Source: a virus
Taxonomy: Duplodnaviria > Caudoviricetes
DNA length: 64,000 nucleotides
IMG/VR virus record: IMGVR_UViG_3300032321_001270
Coordinates: 32,001 to 96,000 of that record
Strand: one strand, 5' to 3'
The notes under the pieces were generated by a model. The model saw only the letters and a list, made by a program, of their open reading frames with translations. It was not told the DNA's origin and ran no database searches. Positions 18,305 through 26,148 of this stretch are shown here, piece after piece (positions within the stretch are counted from its first letter, which is position 1; each line of letters begins with the position of its first letter). The position numbers and the translations under genes are program-made.

Positions 18305-18552
18305 TCACGCACGAACACTTCGGCCGTGGCCCTGAGCGTGACACCCTGAGCCAAAGCCATTTTCTCGACCGCCGCGAGTTCGGGGCCAAGGATCTTTTTC
18401 CAGTTTTCGACACACATGTCTGTGTGCCGCTGGATCTCTTCTTCCGTCGGGTTCTCTGGCGGAAACTCGGTTGGCGTGCTGATCTTGGCCAGATCCTGCA
18501 CTGCCACGTCACGCCGGTCACGCCGTTCTTCGCTGGTGATGAACCTAACCAT
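18274..18552 (-). CDS. Hypothetical protein
   Basis: AAGGAGG SD; lies downstream of a conserved promoter. Confidence 0.6.
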   Translation of the reverse strand: MVRFITSEERRDRRDVAVQDLAKISTPTEFPPENPTEEEIQRHTDMCVENWKKILGPELAAVEKMALAQGVTLRATAEVFVREWFNQKVRVI

Positions 18553-18620
18553 GGCGCACCTCCTTGGCTGCTTTAAGCGCAGCAGGACACAGATCTGCCC
18601 AATACACTACTGGGCGTCAC

Positions 18621-18653
18621 TGAATATGACCGGAATTGAGCTTTTATTTAGCT
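18621..18653 (-). promoter_or_regulatory. Conserved bipartite phage promoter
   Basis: AGCTAAATA-N17-ATATTCA. Confidence 0.7.
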
Positions 18654-18654
18654 A

Positions 18655-20148
18655 TCAGCGCTGGGCCGCCGGAACGATGCCCTGCAGCTGGCCCCACGTT
18701 CTGGCGTCGGTTGTCGGGCCGCCCCACGCAGTCAGATTTGTGCGAATCTTGTCGCCGGTGATCGTGTTGCTCATGTTTCGGCGCCCCATGCCGGCCATAA
18801 CGCGCTCGAACCTAGCACTTGCGTCAGCCAATGCCTGCTGGGCTTGTTGCGTATCGCCAAAGCGCGGAAAACCACCGGGAGCAGCGCCGGGCATACGCAT
18901 CCGTGCCGTAGGCGCTTGTGCCGGGCGCTTGTTTGCGCGCATGAGATAATTATGCACGTTTTCCATGATGTCTGGGTGGCGCATTAAGCTCTCACCGCGG
19001 GCTGCAGCGAGCGGGCCAGCCACAGACGGATGCACGTTGGCGATGTTTAACTTGGGGGCTACAGCCTTGGCCGCCGTATTAGCTACGGCCTTTGCGCCAC
19101 CACCAAATAACCGACCAAGGCCGCCAAAGTTGAGCCCGGCTTCTTTGCCAAACTCATACGCGCTGGAGCACTTGCAGTTCCATTTGCGCAGGGATTTATT
19201 AATGCGCGAGTCTGGGTCTTTCTTTGTATCGGCGCCAGTGTTTACGCGTTTCATGCCACACATCCGGGAGCAAAAAGAGTTCTGGCGCTTGGCCCGATCG
19301 CCTTTAGGATTGCTCTCGGTGACGGGTGCTTTCAGGTGGCCGCCCGTGGCTTTGTTATAGCTGGCGCGCCCCTTGGCGTTGAGGCCGCCTTCGTCATTCT
19401 TGCCGGCAGATCGTTGCCACGCAGGTGTGCCGGCCAGCTTTTCGCCGCCTGCTGAGTTCGCTGTACCAAGGGCGGCATTGCCATTGATATCACCCGTCGT
19501 GGACAGCCCGCCAAAGGCATTGATCGGGTTGGCGTTAGCCGAGTTTCCACCGCCTACAGGTGGCAGTTGACCCTCGGCGCCGGTGGGAGCAGGGGTAGCC
19601 GGGCTGGCGGCCTGCTGGGGCGCCTGTGGAGCTTGTGACTGCATCCCCATGGGCAGGGGCGTACCCATCGCGGGCATGGCGTATCGCTTAATTCCGGCGT
19701 TTGCAGGCACCATGGCGGCATCGCGGGCCTCCTGTTCAGCCTTTTCGTTCTCTAAAGCCTGCTGGATGGATTGCGATAACACTGCAGAAAGCTTCGCCAT
19801 CAAGCTGTTTACGCCGGTTTTGGGCATATTTCCACACCCACACGAATCCTGCTTGGTTTTCTTTACTTCTGTCTGTTCTTGGCCCGCATACGTTGGCTTT
19901 TCCCCCTGCGGCATAGCGACTCGGACCTCTGTAACCCCACTTTTCTTCAAGAACTTGGCGTAAATATCGAGGGCGACGGAGTTTACAGCAGATTGTTTAT
20001 TGTTTGTTTCCACAGGTTCGTCCTTTTTATTCTTATGCGCATACAGGGGGAGCTTTTTCTGGTTTGGATACTCATGCGCCCAGCGTTTCGCAATATCTGG
20101 ATGCTCGGCCCAGAGAAATCTGCGCTGCTTTTCTGACTTGAATGGCAT
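18655..20148 (-). CDS. Modular KxA-motif protein containing small conserved phage domains
   Basis: MPFKSEKQRRFLWAEHP module; PAWQRSAGKNDEGGLNAKGRASY...SFCSRM...KWNC module (DUF6321-like); YEFGKEA. Confidence 0.7.
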   Translation of the reverse strand: MPFKSEKQRRFLWAEHPDIAKRWAHEYPNQKKLPLYAHKNKKDEPVETNNKQSAVNSVALDIYAKFLKKSGVTEVRVAMPQGEKPTYAGQEQTEVKKTKQDSCGCGNMPKTGVNSLMAKLSAVLSQSIQQALENEKAEQEARDAAMVPANAGIKRYAMPAMGTPLPMGMQSQAPQAPQQAASPATPAPTGAEGQLPPVGGGNSANANPINAFGGLSTTGDINGNAALGTANSAGGEKLAGTPAWQRSAGKNDEGGLNAKGRASYNKATGGHLKAPVTESNPKGDRAKRQNSFCSRMCGMKRVNTGADTKKDPDSRINKSLRKWNCKCSSAYEFGKEAGLNFGGLGRLFGGGAKAVANTAAKAVAPKLNIANVHPSVAGPLAAARGESLMRHPDIMENVHNYLMRANKRPAQAPTARMRMPGAAPGGFPRFGDTQQAQQALADASARFERVMAGMGRRNMSNTITGDKIRTNLTAWGGPTTDARTWGQLQGIVPAAQR

Positions 20149-20337
20149 GGCGTAGCTCGTGATGGCGTGAACTTAAAGGAAATACCGAATAGTTCACGGA
20201 GTGCGGCTGTTCCCAAGCTGAATACGCCCATTTTGGCAGAAGAGGCGTGTGAAGAAAAGGGCGGGTAAGTGTGTCTGGTATAGTGAAGTTGATTTGTTAC
20301 ACACATCACGTCACTGAATGGTGACAAGGAGGGCGCC

Positions 20338-20661
20338 ATGCGGCTGCTATGGATTAGTTTACTTGCCCTAAGCTGCGTGATTGGTGCGGGAAGTGCTTTT
20401 GGTGAGAGCTTGTTGATGTTTTCTGCTGACTGGTGCAAATACTGTCAGAAAGCCAAGGCTGATCTGCTGGAGAAGCAAGACAGCGTACAGGAATGGAACT
20501 TGGATATTGTCGATATTGAACAAGAGCGCGAGTTAGCCCGGCAGTTTGCGCTCAAGAGTCTGCCCACGTTTATCGTACTGGACGACGACGGCCGGGAAAT
20601 GCGCCGGCTCGTTGGGTACCACGGTTTTGATAACTTAAAAGCGTGGGTCGAGAAGCGCTGA
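20338..20661 (+). CDS. Secreted thioredoxin-like protein
   Basis: AAGGAGG SD; signal peptide; WCKYC; LPTF (cis-Pro). Confidence 0.85.
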   Translation: MRLLWISLLALSCVIGAGSAFGESLLMFSADWCKYCQKAKADLLEKQDSVQEWNLDIVDIEQERELARQFALKSLPTFIVLDDDGREMRRLVGYHGFDNLKAWVEKR

Positions 20662-20673
20662 TAGCTAAAAAAA

Positions 20674-20703
20674 ACGGAGAGTAGGTTTGCCCTATCTCTC
20701 CGT
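20674..20703. terminator. Bidirectional terminator between convergent genes
   Basis: acggagag/ctctccgt stem flanked by A8 and T4. Confidence 0.75.
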
Positions 20704-21084
20704 TTTAATTCCAGTATTTTTCTCGCGAAATATGGGCGCTTCAAGTAACGTGACAACGATAAACTCCTCGTTACTAGATAAACTACAGTCGTAATAAATA
20801 GAAAGCACCGGGGTGTCCAACACAGCGAAAAAAGATTTAGTGAAATAATCTGCTCCAGCATTCACCATGAGACACCGGCGCACAGATTTCAATAAGTCAC
20901 TGTCGATGGCGGGTGTAGCGGCAAACCGTTTTTCGGTCTCTGTTAACATGCCCGAAATACGGACAACGAACATATCAGCTATGATGCACGTTTTTATGTT
21001 ACTTGCGCCTTTTCCCATGTATTGCTGCATGAACTTGTTTACTGCAACACATATGGCAGCTTCGGCTTCTCCTTGCGTATACAT
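20692..21084 (-). CDS. DUF2294 (Na-translocating decarboxylase subunit-like) protein
   Basis: TQGEAEAAIC...QQYMGKG...VVRISGMLTETE pattern of the family. Confidence 0.75.
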   Translation of the reverse strand: MYTQGEAEAAICVAVNKFMQQYMGKGASNIKTCIIADMFVVRISGMLTETEKRFAATPAIDSDLLKSVRRCLMVNAGADYFTKSFFAVLDTPVLSIYYDCSLSSNEEFIVVTLLEAPIFREKNTGIKTER

Positions 21085-21121
21085 ATAGGCTCCACGAAGA
21101 GTGATAAAGACCAGCGGACAT

Positions 21122-21154
21122 GTAATATGCCCGGGTTTTGATAACTATTCAGCC
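21122..21154 (-). promoter_or_regulatory. Conserved bipartite phage promoter (variant)
   Basis: GGCTGAATA-N17-ATATTAC. Confidence 0.55.
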
Positions 21155-21176
21155 AGAGAGCTAATAGCTAAAAAAA

Positions 21177-21212
21177 GCGCACGCAGGGTCAGGGAAGAAT
21201 ACCTGCGTGCGC
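21177..21212 (-). terminator. Intrinsic terminator
   Basis: 11-bp stem gcgcacgcagg/cctgcgtgcgc followed by T7. Confidence 0.8.
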
Positions 21213-21236
21213 TTTCGCCTACTTCGAGAACTAGCA

Positions 21237-21437
21237 TCAAGCCAGTACTTCGTCGTAGGTCTGTTCCAACGGGTTGATGATGAGCCGGGGCTTGGGCTCG
21301 GGAGCTGGTTTGGGAGGCGCAACTACAGGAGCCTGCCAGCGTTCAGTCAGGTCGGTCCACGCAGGATCGATCTTGACCTTCTCGCACACCCAGCCCACGA
21401 ACGCCAGACCACCAAAGACCATGCAGGCCGTGGCCAT
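21237..21437 (-). CDS. Small membrane-anchored Pro-rich protein
   Basis: N-terminal TM helix; lies between a promoter and a terminator. Confidence 0.6.
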   Translation of the reverse strand: MATACMVFGGLAFVGWVCEKVKIDPAWTDLTERWQAPVVAPPKPAPEPKPRLIINPLEQTYDEVLA

Positions 21438-21502
21438 GCTATTTCCTTTCTATAAAGCAGATAGAGGCCAGACGTAATTTTTGGCTTACGCCTCTCTATC
21501 AT

Positions 21503-21535
21503 CAAATATGCCCGACTTTAGGGCAGTATTTAGCT
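21503..21535 (-). promoter_or_regulatory. Conserved bipartite phage promoter
   Basis: AGCTAAATA-N17-ATATTTG. Confidence 0.7.
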
Positions 21536-21622
21536 TCACAGAAAGACAACGATGCTCAGGTCGTCATCATCATCGTCAAAGTCAAACTCGATGCCGTAGA
21601 TATGCTTGGATGCGTTTGTCAT
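21536..21622 (-). CDS. 28-aa acidic small ORF (not in ORF track)
   Basis: MTNASKHIYGIEFDFDDDDDDLSIVVFL; GAGGT SD; TATAAT at 21663-21668. Confidence 0.45.
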   Translation of the reverse strand: MTNASKHIYGIEFDFDDDDDDLSIVVFL

Positions 21623-21763
21623 ATCTGTACCTCGCGACGACAGGTTTCAAAAACGTGTCGCTATTATATCGTTTTGATAACAATTCCCTTTCTGTAAGAA
21701 AACCGTATACGGCTTTCTTACAAAAGAAATGACGTAACATGTTGTCAAATAACAAGTTACGTC

Positions 21764-22441
21764 TAATAGCTAAAAAAATCCTGCACGGTGGGCCCGAAGG
21801 CCGCCCGCGGCGTCGTACTGCTGAGCGCAACCCAGCAGCCGTACGCCTCCGATGTGGCGGACTTGGTAGTCCGAGCCCCGTGTGTGGATTAAACACGTAG
21901 GGGCTTTTTAGTTCGTCCTCGGGTTGCGGCGTTCCTTGGGAACGACTTAGACAACCTGTAACAAACCATATCCACGTAACTCTCCTGACGATAAAGACGT
22001 TTCAGGAGAGCCAATGCGTCGGCGCTCTAAAGCAGTACACCGACGGCAGAGAATTCGCGCACCAAAGAGGCGCGTTCCCGGGCTACGTTGCCATAGCTCC
22101 AGCACACACAATTACGGATTGTTACTGCCGTGGCGCCTCCGTATGGTGTTGTGCAGTACACCGGGCGTCCACGAGCAGGCCGAAGTTTCATCGGCACCCT
22201 ATTGTTTAACGTGATAGGTTGGCACGGTACGTTCTTGCGCTGGCAGCAGCTTTCACGGCTTCTTCAGTTACGATTCCTCGCAACTTTATTACCGTGTGGA
22301 CTGTACATACGCAGCCCGAACCTCCCATGGAAGCAGCATGGACGGGGGAGGCTCCATGCCGCGCTATGACCAACCATCAACCGCCGCTGGCTGTCACACT
22401 CAGCCAGCGGAAGACGCAGAGTCTCACACAAACTCTGCGTC
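21764..22441 (-). ncRNA. Candidate large structured ncRNA
   Basis: About 670 nt without a credible ORF; at least 10 hairpins including UUCG and GGAA tetraloops; ends in a T7 tract. Confidence 0.45.
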
Positions 22442-22669
22442 GATGACGGTGTAGCTGTCGTACTCTTCCTGCAGAAGAGCCGCAGCATCACCGTCAAGAA
22501 TTGCAGCCTCGGCGGGAATGCAAACGCAGACGCCGAGTTCCAGCCCGCAGTGCAGGCAGTGTTCAATGTCCGTGTCGGGCGGCGCAATGGCCACGGCGAA
22601 CACAAACAGCATGTCCCGGCAGTCGTCCACGTTGACCTTCACCGCCGGGTTGTTACGGAGCTGACTCAT
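22424..22669 (-). CDS. Hypothetical protein
   Basis: AAGGAGG SD. Confidence 0.65.
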   Translation of the reverse strand: MSQLRNNPAVKVNVDDCRDMLFVFAVAIAPPDTDIEHCLHCGLELGVCVCIPAEAAILDGDAAALLQEEYDSYTVIDAEFV

Positions 22670-22687
22670 TTCAATCCTCCTTGAAGA

Positions 22688-22840
22688 AATAAAACAACCG
22701 CCGTCTCGTGGCGGCTCACGCTAATGGTCTCTCGCCATTAGACGGCCCCACCTATCACCGGGCAGGGGGTACGGCGAGGGGTGCTATAACTTCATGCGTA
22801 AAGCCAGTGGATGTACCACTGCCGCGGCAAGAGCTATAGG
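22688..22840 (-). ncRNA. Candidate ~150-nt structured RNA or attenuator leader
   Basis: Lies between the promoter at 22848-22880 and a terminator-like hairpin at 22697-22714 plus T-rich tract. Confidence 0.45.
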
Positions 22841-22847
22841 CCCTCAA

Positions 22848-22880
22848 TAGATATGCCGCGTTTTTGGCAGATATTTAGCT
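22848..22880 (-). promoter_or_regulatory. Conserved bipartite phage promoter
   Basis: AGCTAAATA-N17-ATATCTA. Confidence 0.7.
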
Positions 22881-22884
22881 ACTG

Positions 22885-22954
22885 GCTAATAGCTAAAGAA
22901 AGCGTACGCTTTGCGGAGCCGTCGCCTCCGCTGCCCACAAATTAATAACGCCCG
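22885..22954 (-). terminator. Repeated hairpin/terminator element, copy 2
   Basis: Same 23-bp core and same layout as 15874-15940. Confidence 0.6.
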
Positions 22955-23493
22955 GCCTCTTCTTCGTCGGCCTCGTGCTCGGCTTCCGCCCATTCAGCCT
23001 GCCGCTCTGCCAGCGCTTTATCATCCAGCCCGAACGTTTCAAGTTCCAGCTTTTTCCTGCGCGCTTCGCGCTCAGCCTCCGCCTCTGCCTCTTCATATTG
23101 CATACGATCCTCGCGCATGCGATCTTCAAATTCAAGATCTTCAAGAGAGATGTCGTGCGCCTCGGCTTCAAGCTCTTCTTTCTTTTCACGGTCTATGGCG
23201 ATGTAAAGCTCCGCCTTGACCGCGTCAAGTGAAAACGCGCCCTGCGGGCAAAAGCAATTGCGGCTACCGTACGTAGCGTCACTCAGATGCACGTACTTGT
23301 AGCCGCGCAACTCAAGCAGCTCAACCAGCGCCATTGCCGTATAAGGATCGGCAGCCGTACCAACGTACTGGCGACCCACGCTGTATACACCATCATCGGC
23401 GTTCTTAATGCCGTGAACGCGCATGCTACCGTCGGGGAAGGTAATCATGTGAACCTTTCTAAAAAAAATTACAAGCTTAAATTGAGATAGCAA
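22942..23493 (-). CDS. Hypothetical protein with Glu-rich coiled-coil C-terminus
   Basis: ORF; start possibly MITF, about 23448. Confidence 0.6.
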   Translation of the reverse strand: MLSQFKLVIFFRKVHMITFPDGSMRVHGIKNADDGVYSVGRQYVGTAADPYTAMALVELLELRGYKYVHLSDATYGSRNCFCPQGAFSLDAVKAELYIAIDREKKEELEAEAHDISLEDLEFEDRMREDRMQYEEAEAEAEREARRKKLELETFGLDDKALAERQAEWAEAEHEADEEEAGRY

Positions 23494-23718
23494 AAAGTCT
23501 GCTGGGCCTTAGCCAGCTTTGTGCAATACAAGCATCCCGGGCAGACTTATGCCCGAACAGCTTCACCGCCCCGCGGCAAGGCCGGCAAACCGAAGTTTGC
23601 CGCTAAGGTGTCTGAAGGAGAGCTGATATCCTCGGCGTTCTTTTAGTCGGGCTCATGAGACCCGCCGTTCAAATAGAGGGGCTATTTGCGCGAAACGCCT
23701 CGTACTGTGAATTAAAAA

Positions 23719-23750
23719 AAGCCGGCAGGGAAACGCGTCCCTACCGGCTT
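23719..23750 (-). terminator. Intrinsic terminator
   Basis: aagccgg/ccggctt stem with T7 tail on the minus strand. Confidence 0.75.
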
Positions 23751-23873
23751 TGTGGGGTTAACGAGGCCCACGCTCGTGCCGAAGCGACCAACCGGTCGCC
23801 AAGAAAGCTTGTTAGCACAAGAAACGCTCGCGAGGACAGGTATCACTACCCACCTACGCCCTGCAGCCGTTTG

Positions 23874-24077
23874 TTAGGTCACAGACAAATCTGCGTTGTA
23901 CGGACGCAAATCTTCGTTACTGAAAACGTCGTCTGGCAGGTCTTTCACCTGCACCGCCCGCTCCCCTAGCCATATGTAGTGTAGTCGAGCGGAGTCACTT
24001 GAAGCAGCCACGAGGCCCGGGCAGGGCTTGCCCGCTGCTTCGCCATCTACCCTAACGGTTCCTGCAAAACATTTCAC
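23874..24077 (-). CDS. Hypothetical protein
   Basis: ORF with protein-like composition. Confidence 0.4.
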   Translation of the reverse strand: MKCFAGTVRVDGEAAGKPCPGLVAASSDSARLHYIWLGERAVQVKDLPDDVFSNEDLRPYNADLSVT

Positions 24078-24179
24078 GAAGTCTGCTCGTTACAGCCCTC
24101 TGCATGCACCTAGAGATAGGTTCATACACATGCTTCTCACGAGCGCTTCTTGTGCCAACAGCAGTGACAGTTTAGTAAC

Positions 24180-24323
24180 TTAGCTGATCTGGTCAATCGC
24201 CCGCACAATCGAGGCGGCATAGCGCTGGCTGATCTCGTCTGCCTCGCCGCCGTCATACTGCACGTGAATCTCGCGTTCCCATTTCAGGACCGCTGCCCGG
24301 ATCTGCGCCAGAGATTTACGCAT
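24180..24323 (-). CDS. Small hypothetical protein
   Basis: MRKSLAQ... start just after the upstream stop. Confidence 0.45.
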   Translation of the reverse strand: MRKSLAQIRAAVLKWEREIHVQYDGGEADEISQRYAASIVRAIDQIS

Positions 24324-24333
24324 TGATTTCAGC

Positions 24334-24648
24334 TCAATCTCCGGTTCGGTCTTGTACCTCGTCCCGCTCTTCGTGTTCACTGTCGGTTCCAACGCTGCTT
24401 TCTCCTTGTGGACTACTTCCTGCCACCATTGGTTGTTCCAGTTCGTCGCCGTCCGTGTCGCTGGCATCTGTATACGCTATTAACAGCGCTTCCTTGAGGG
24501 TGTCGATCAGGGTGTTAGCGCAATCATCCACGACTTTACGCAGATGATCCATTCTGTCAATCGTTTCGCGCATCTCGTCTCTGGTTTTCACCAGTACCTC
24601 AGCGAGTTTGAGCAGTCCTTGCGCCATTGCTAACGGTAGTTCTTCCAC
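24334..24648 (-). CDS. Hypothetical acidic coiled-coil protein
   Basis: AAGGAG SD. Confidence 0.6.
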   Translation of the reverse strand: MEELPLAMAQGLLKLAEVLVKTRDEMRETIDRMDHLRKVVDDCANTLIDTLKEALLIAYTDASDTDGDELEQPMVAGSSPQGESSVGTDSEHEERDEVQDRTGD

Positions 24649-24660
24649 GCAGTTCTCCTT

Positions 24661-24990
24661 TTACCGTAGGTCATCGAACGATTCTTTTAAGCCCACTGCC
24701 CGGTCTGCCAAGTACTGGGCGACAAGAGTCATCACGTCAATAATGCCTTGGTTCTCGTGTACACGCCGGGCTTCCGTGGGCGAGTACGCGCCAAAACACG
24801 TCACGCTAAGCAAGATAGGGCGAACCTTTTCTAGCGCTTTTACATCTGTCAGATCTGCAGGCGAGAAACCAGCGTCGGTCACCTCGATTGACTCGATGTG
24901 GCCTAGTTGGTCACCAATCATGCCGTCTTCCAGCGCGTGATTGCAGGCATCACGCAACGCTTCCACGAACCAGCGGCAGTTCTGGTTCAT
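24661..24990 (-). CDS. Hypothetical protein
   Basis: ATGA start/stop overlap with the upstream gene. Confidence 0.65.
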   Translation of the reverse strand: MNQNCRWFVEALRDACNHALEDGMIGDQLGHIESIEVTDAGFSPADLTDVKALEKVRPILLSVTCFGAYSPTEARRVHENQGIIDVMTLVAQYLADRAVGLKESFDDLR

Positions 24991-25289
24991 GACGCCACCT
25001 TCTCAGCGGGTTTGACGCTATCAGCAATCTGGTCGCGCAGCTGGCCCTCAGCCTCGGCCCACTTGTCGAGAATGAGGTTGGCGAGCGGGCTGTTGACCTT
25101 CTGCAAAAACTCCTCGATCTCAGGGGCCAACGCCGCCAGCGCCAGCAGCTTCGGCTCACACTCACAAGTGTTGCCGATCTCCAGCACATAGTGTCCGGCC
25201 TCGTCCGCGATGGAGCCGCGGACGTGGTGGTGGCTGGGCATCGAACCCAGCGCGCGCAGTGCAGCAAAAAGCATAGATTGCTCCTTCAA
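24987..25289 (-). CDS. Hypothetical protein
   Basis: 4-nt overlaps with neighbours on both sides. Confidence 0.65.
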   Translation of the reverse strand: MKEQSMLFAALRALGSMPSHHHVRGSIADEAGHYVLEIGNTCECEPKLLALAALAPEIEEFLQKVNSPLANLILDKWAEAEGQLRDQIADSVKPAEKVAS

Positions 25290-25495
25290 GGGTAAATGGG
25301 GTAAATCTTCTCATTGAACGCCACGAACGCCGGTATTCCGTGCTCGTTTGGCAGCCGGGCTGCCGGATCATCAACGACATGATCGTCGACCTTTACACGA
25401 CCCTCAACGATCGCGCGCCGGGCCATAGACGTGTCGATGTTGGCGCACTTTGACAATACATCAACCAGTGGTGTGGTAGCCATAATTAGTCCCAC
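25286..25495 (-). CDS. S4-like RNA-binding domain protein
   Basis: LVDVLSK...SMARRAIVEGRVKVDDHVVDDPAARL matches the S4 pattern. Confidence 0.7.
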   Translation of the reverse strand: MGLIMATTPLVDVLSKCANIDTSMARRAIVEGRVKVDDHVVDDPAARLPNEHGIPAFVAFNEKIYPIYP

Positions 25496-26148
25496 AGGGC
25501 TTGGTAGTACTTACCGAACAGAGTCGTTCCACGGCGGATACGCTCCTCGTGGGCCTGAAGACCGTCATAATCGCATTTCAGCTTTCTGAAGCCTTCGGGC
25601 CACTTATCAACATCGGGCAAATCGTCGCGGCCTTCCCAGAACTTATCGTCATGATTTGAGTCGTTCAACTGCTCGAATGCCCAAATCATTTCGCCCATGA
25701 TCCACTCCCACCGCTTGTCATGAAGCTGGTCGGGAGTACCGCAATTCTTTTCTTCTTCTTCGGTCAACGCCGGTGCAGCGCTGGACCGAAGTTCTTCCGG
25801 GACGTCCGTGTCGTCTGTGAAAGGATAACCGTGCTGGGTCGCCTGCAGCTGCTTGAGCAACGGCAGAATGATGGGCGCCAGCGTGCTATCGATATTCCAC
25901 GTGTCATAGTCGTGGATTTTGATAGCAATACGCCGCGTCCGAAACCGCGAATGAAACCACTCGCAAAACGCGTTCAGCCACGTCTTGCTCAGCCGCTTTC
26001 CGATCTCGTGGCAGCGGTCCTCGGACACGCCCACATACTGCAGCAGGTCAGCCAGCTGATACGGACCAGTCCAGCCCGGATAGGGGCCAATGTAAACCTT
26101 CATGAATCCTCCCTGAAACGAGGCCAATCGTGCGCACAACTCGGACAA
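25486..26148 (-). CDS. Conserved phage hypothetical protein
   Basis: IHDYDTWNIDSTLAPII...HGYP...WEWIMGEMIWAFE...LFGKYYQALWD, recalled from T4-like phages. Confidence 0.7.
   Translation of the reverse strand: MSELCARLASFQGGFMKVYIGPYPGWTGPYQLADLLQYVGVSEDRCHEIGKRLSKTWLNAFCEWFHSRFRTRRIAIKIHDYDTWNIDSTLAPIILPLLKQLQATQHGYPFTDDTDVPEELRSSAAPALTEEEEKNCGTPDQLHDKRWEWIMGEMIWAFEQLNDSNHDDKFWEGRDDLPDVDKWPEGFRKLKCDYDGLQAHEERIRRGTTLFGKYYQALWD

Noticed and set aside
21985-22010. Hammerhead ribozyme (CTGACGA)
   Set aside because: No downstream stem II-GAAA core; the word is simply one arm of a hairpin.
22320-22345. SRP RNA (GGAAGCAGCA)
   Set aside because: It lacks the upstream AGG and GNRA helix-8 context and lies on the strand opposite to local transcription.
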